A DNA stretch of 64,000 nucleotides from NCBI GenBank assembly GCA_002269645.1, contig NIVC01002956.1:62001-126000 (forward strand), read 5' to 3'. The number at the start of each line of letters is the position of its first letter. Within the stretch, counting starts at the first letter, position 1. Below, piece by piece: positions 63,681 to 64,000 of the stretch. The notes under the pieces were generated by a model, which was given only the letters and a program-made list of their open reading frames with translations, had not been told where the DNA came from and ran no database searches. The position numbers and the translations under genes were made by a program. This stretch comes from Macrostomum lignano. Its lineage: Eukaryota.

Positions 63681-64000
63681 GCAGTCAATTGTCCGCTTGA
63701 CCGCAGTCAATCGACCGAAAGCGTTGCGCCATGGTGACCACAGCGCTCTTGCGGATATTGCTTTTTTGGTCTATACCCGACATTTCTTAAATTTGATTGT
63801 TTGCAAAGTTTTTTTCTAAAATTACCCTGATTCATTTACTGTCAGTAGAGTGAGTTGCTCTTACATTCACTTGCTCTTTCGCGCGTAGCCTCACGACGGT
63901 CTCTAAAGGTGAACGCGAAAATGTGGTGATTCTTACCTGAGTTATTAAATTTCTTTGCTTAGATTTGAAAGTAAAACTCAGGTAAAGTTGCTCGCTTGGC

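Overview
Eukaryotic (invertebrate animal) genomic DNA with spliceosomal introns, abundant minisatellites and CAG/GCC-rich coding sequence; the style resembles a flatworm such as Macrostomum, which is inference only. The window has two halves. (1) Positions 1-~23.4 kb are a mobile-element nest. It holds two diverged tyrosine-recombinase (YR)-like genes, an intron-containing gene whose C-terminus is a CRESS-DNA-virus Rep-type SF3 helicase, and a small C2H2 zinc-finger gene. The YR and Rep-like units share a ~30-bp inverted-repeat motif, and the YR units share conserved end blocks. Nested in them are a dead piggyBac, a twin-primed 5'-inverted LINE and a frameshifted APE-RT-RNaseH LINE; a transposase-PHD fragment follows. 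This cluster is the best candidate for an undescribed system (a YR-mobilised element with a Rep-like helicase). (2) Positions ~24-64 kb are host genes: FoxL1-like (-), a RING-bearing brat-like TRIM-NHL gene (-), an unknown 3-exon gene (-), an SLC52 riboflavin transporter (+) and a 2-TM ORF (-). Most introns carry their own tandem array, and a strongly CpG-depleted zone at ~49.4-55.1 kb contains a CpG-rich young SINE. All assignments come from manual motif reading; no database searches were run.
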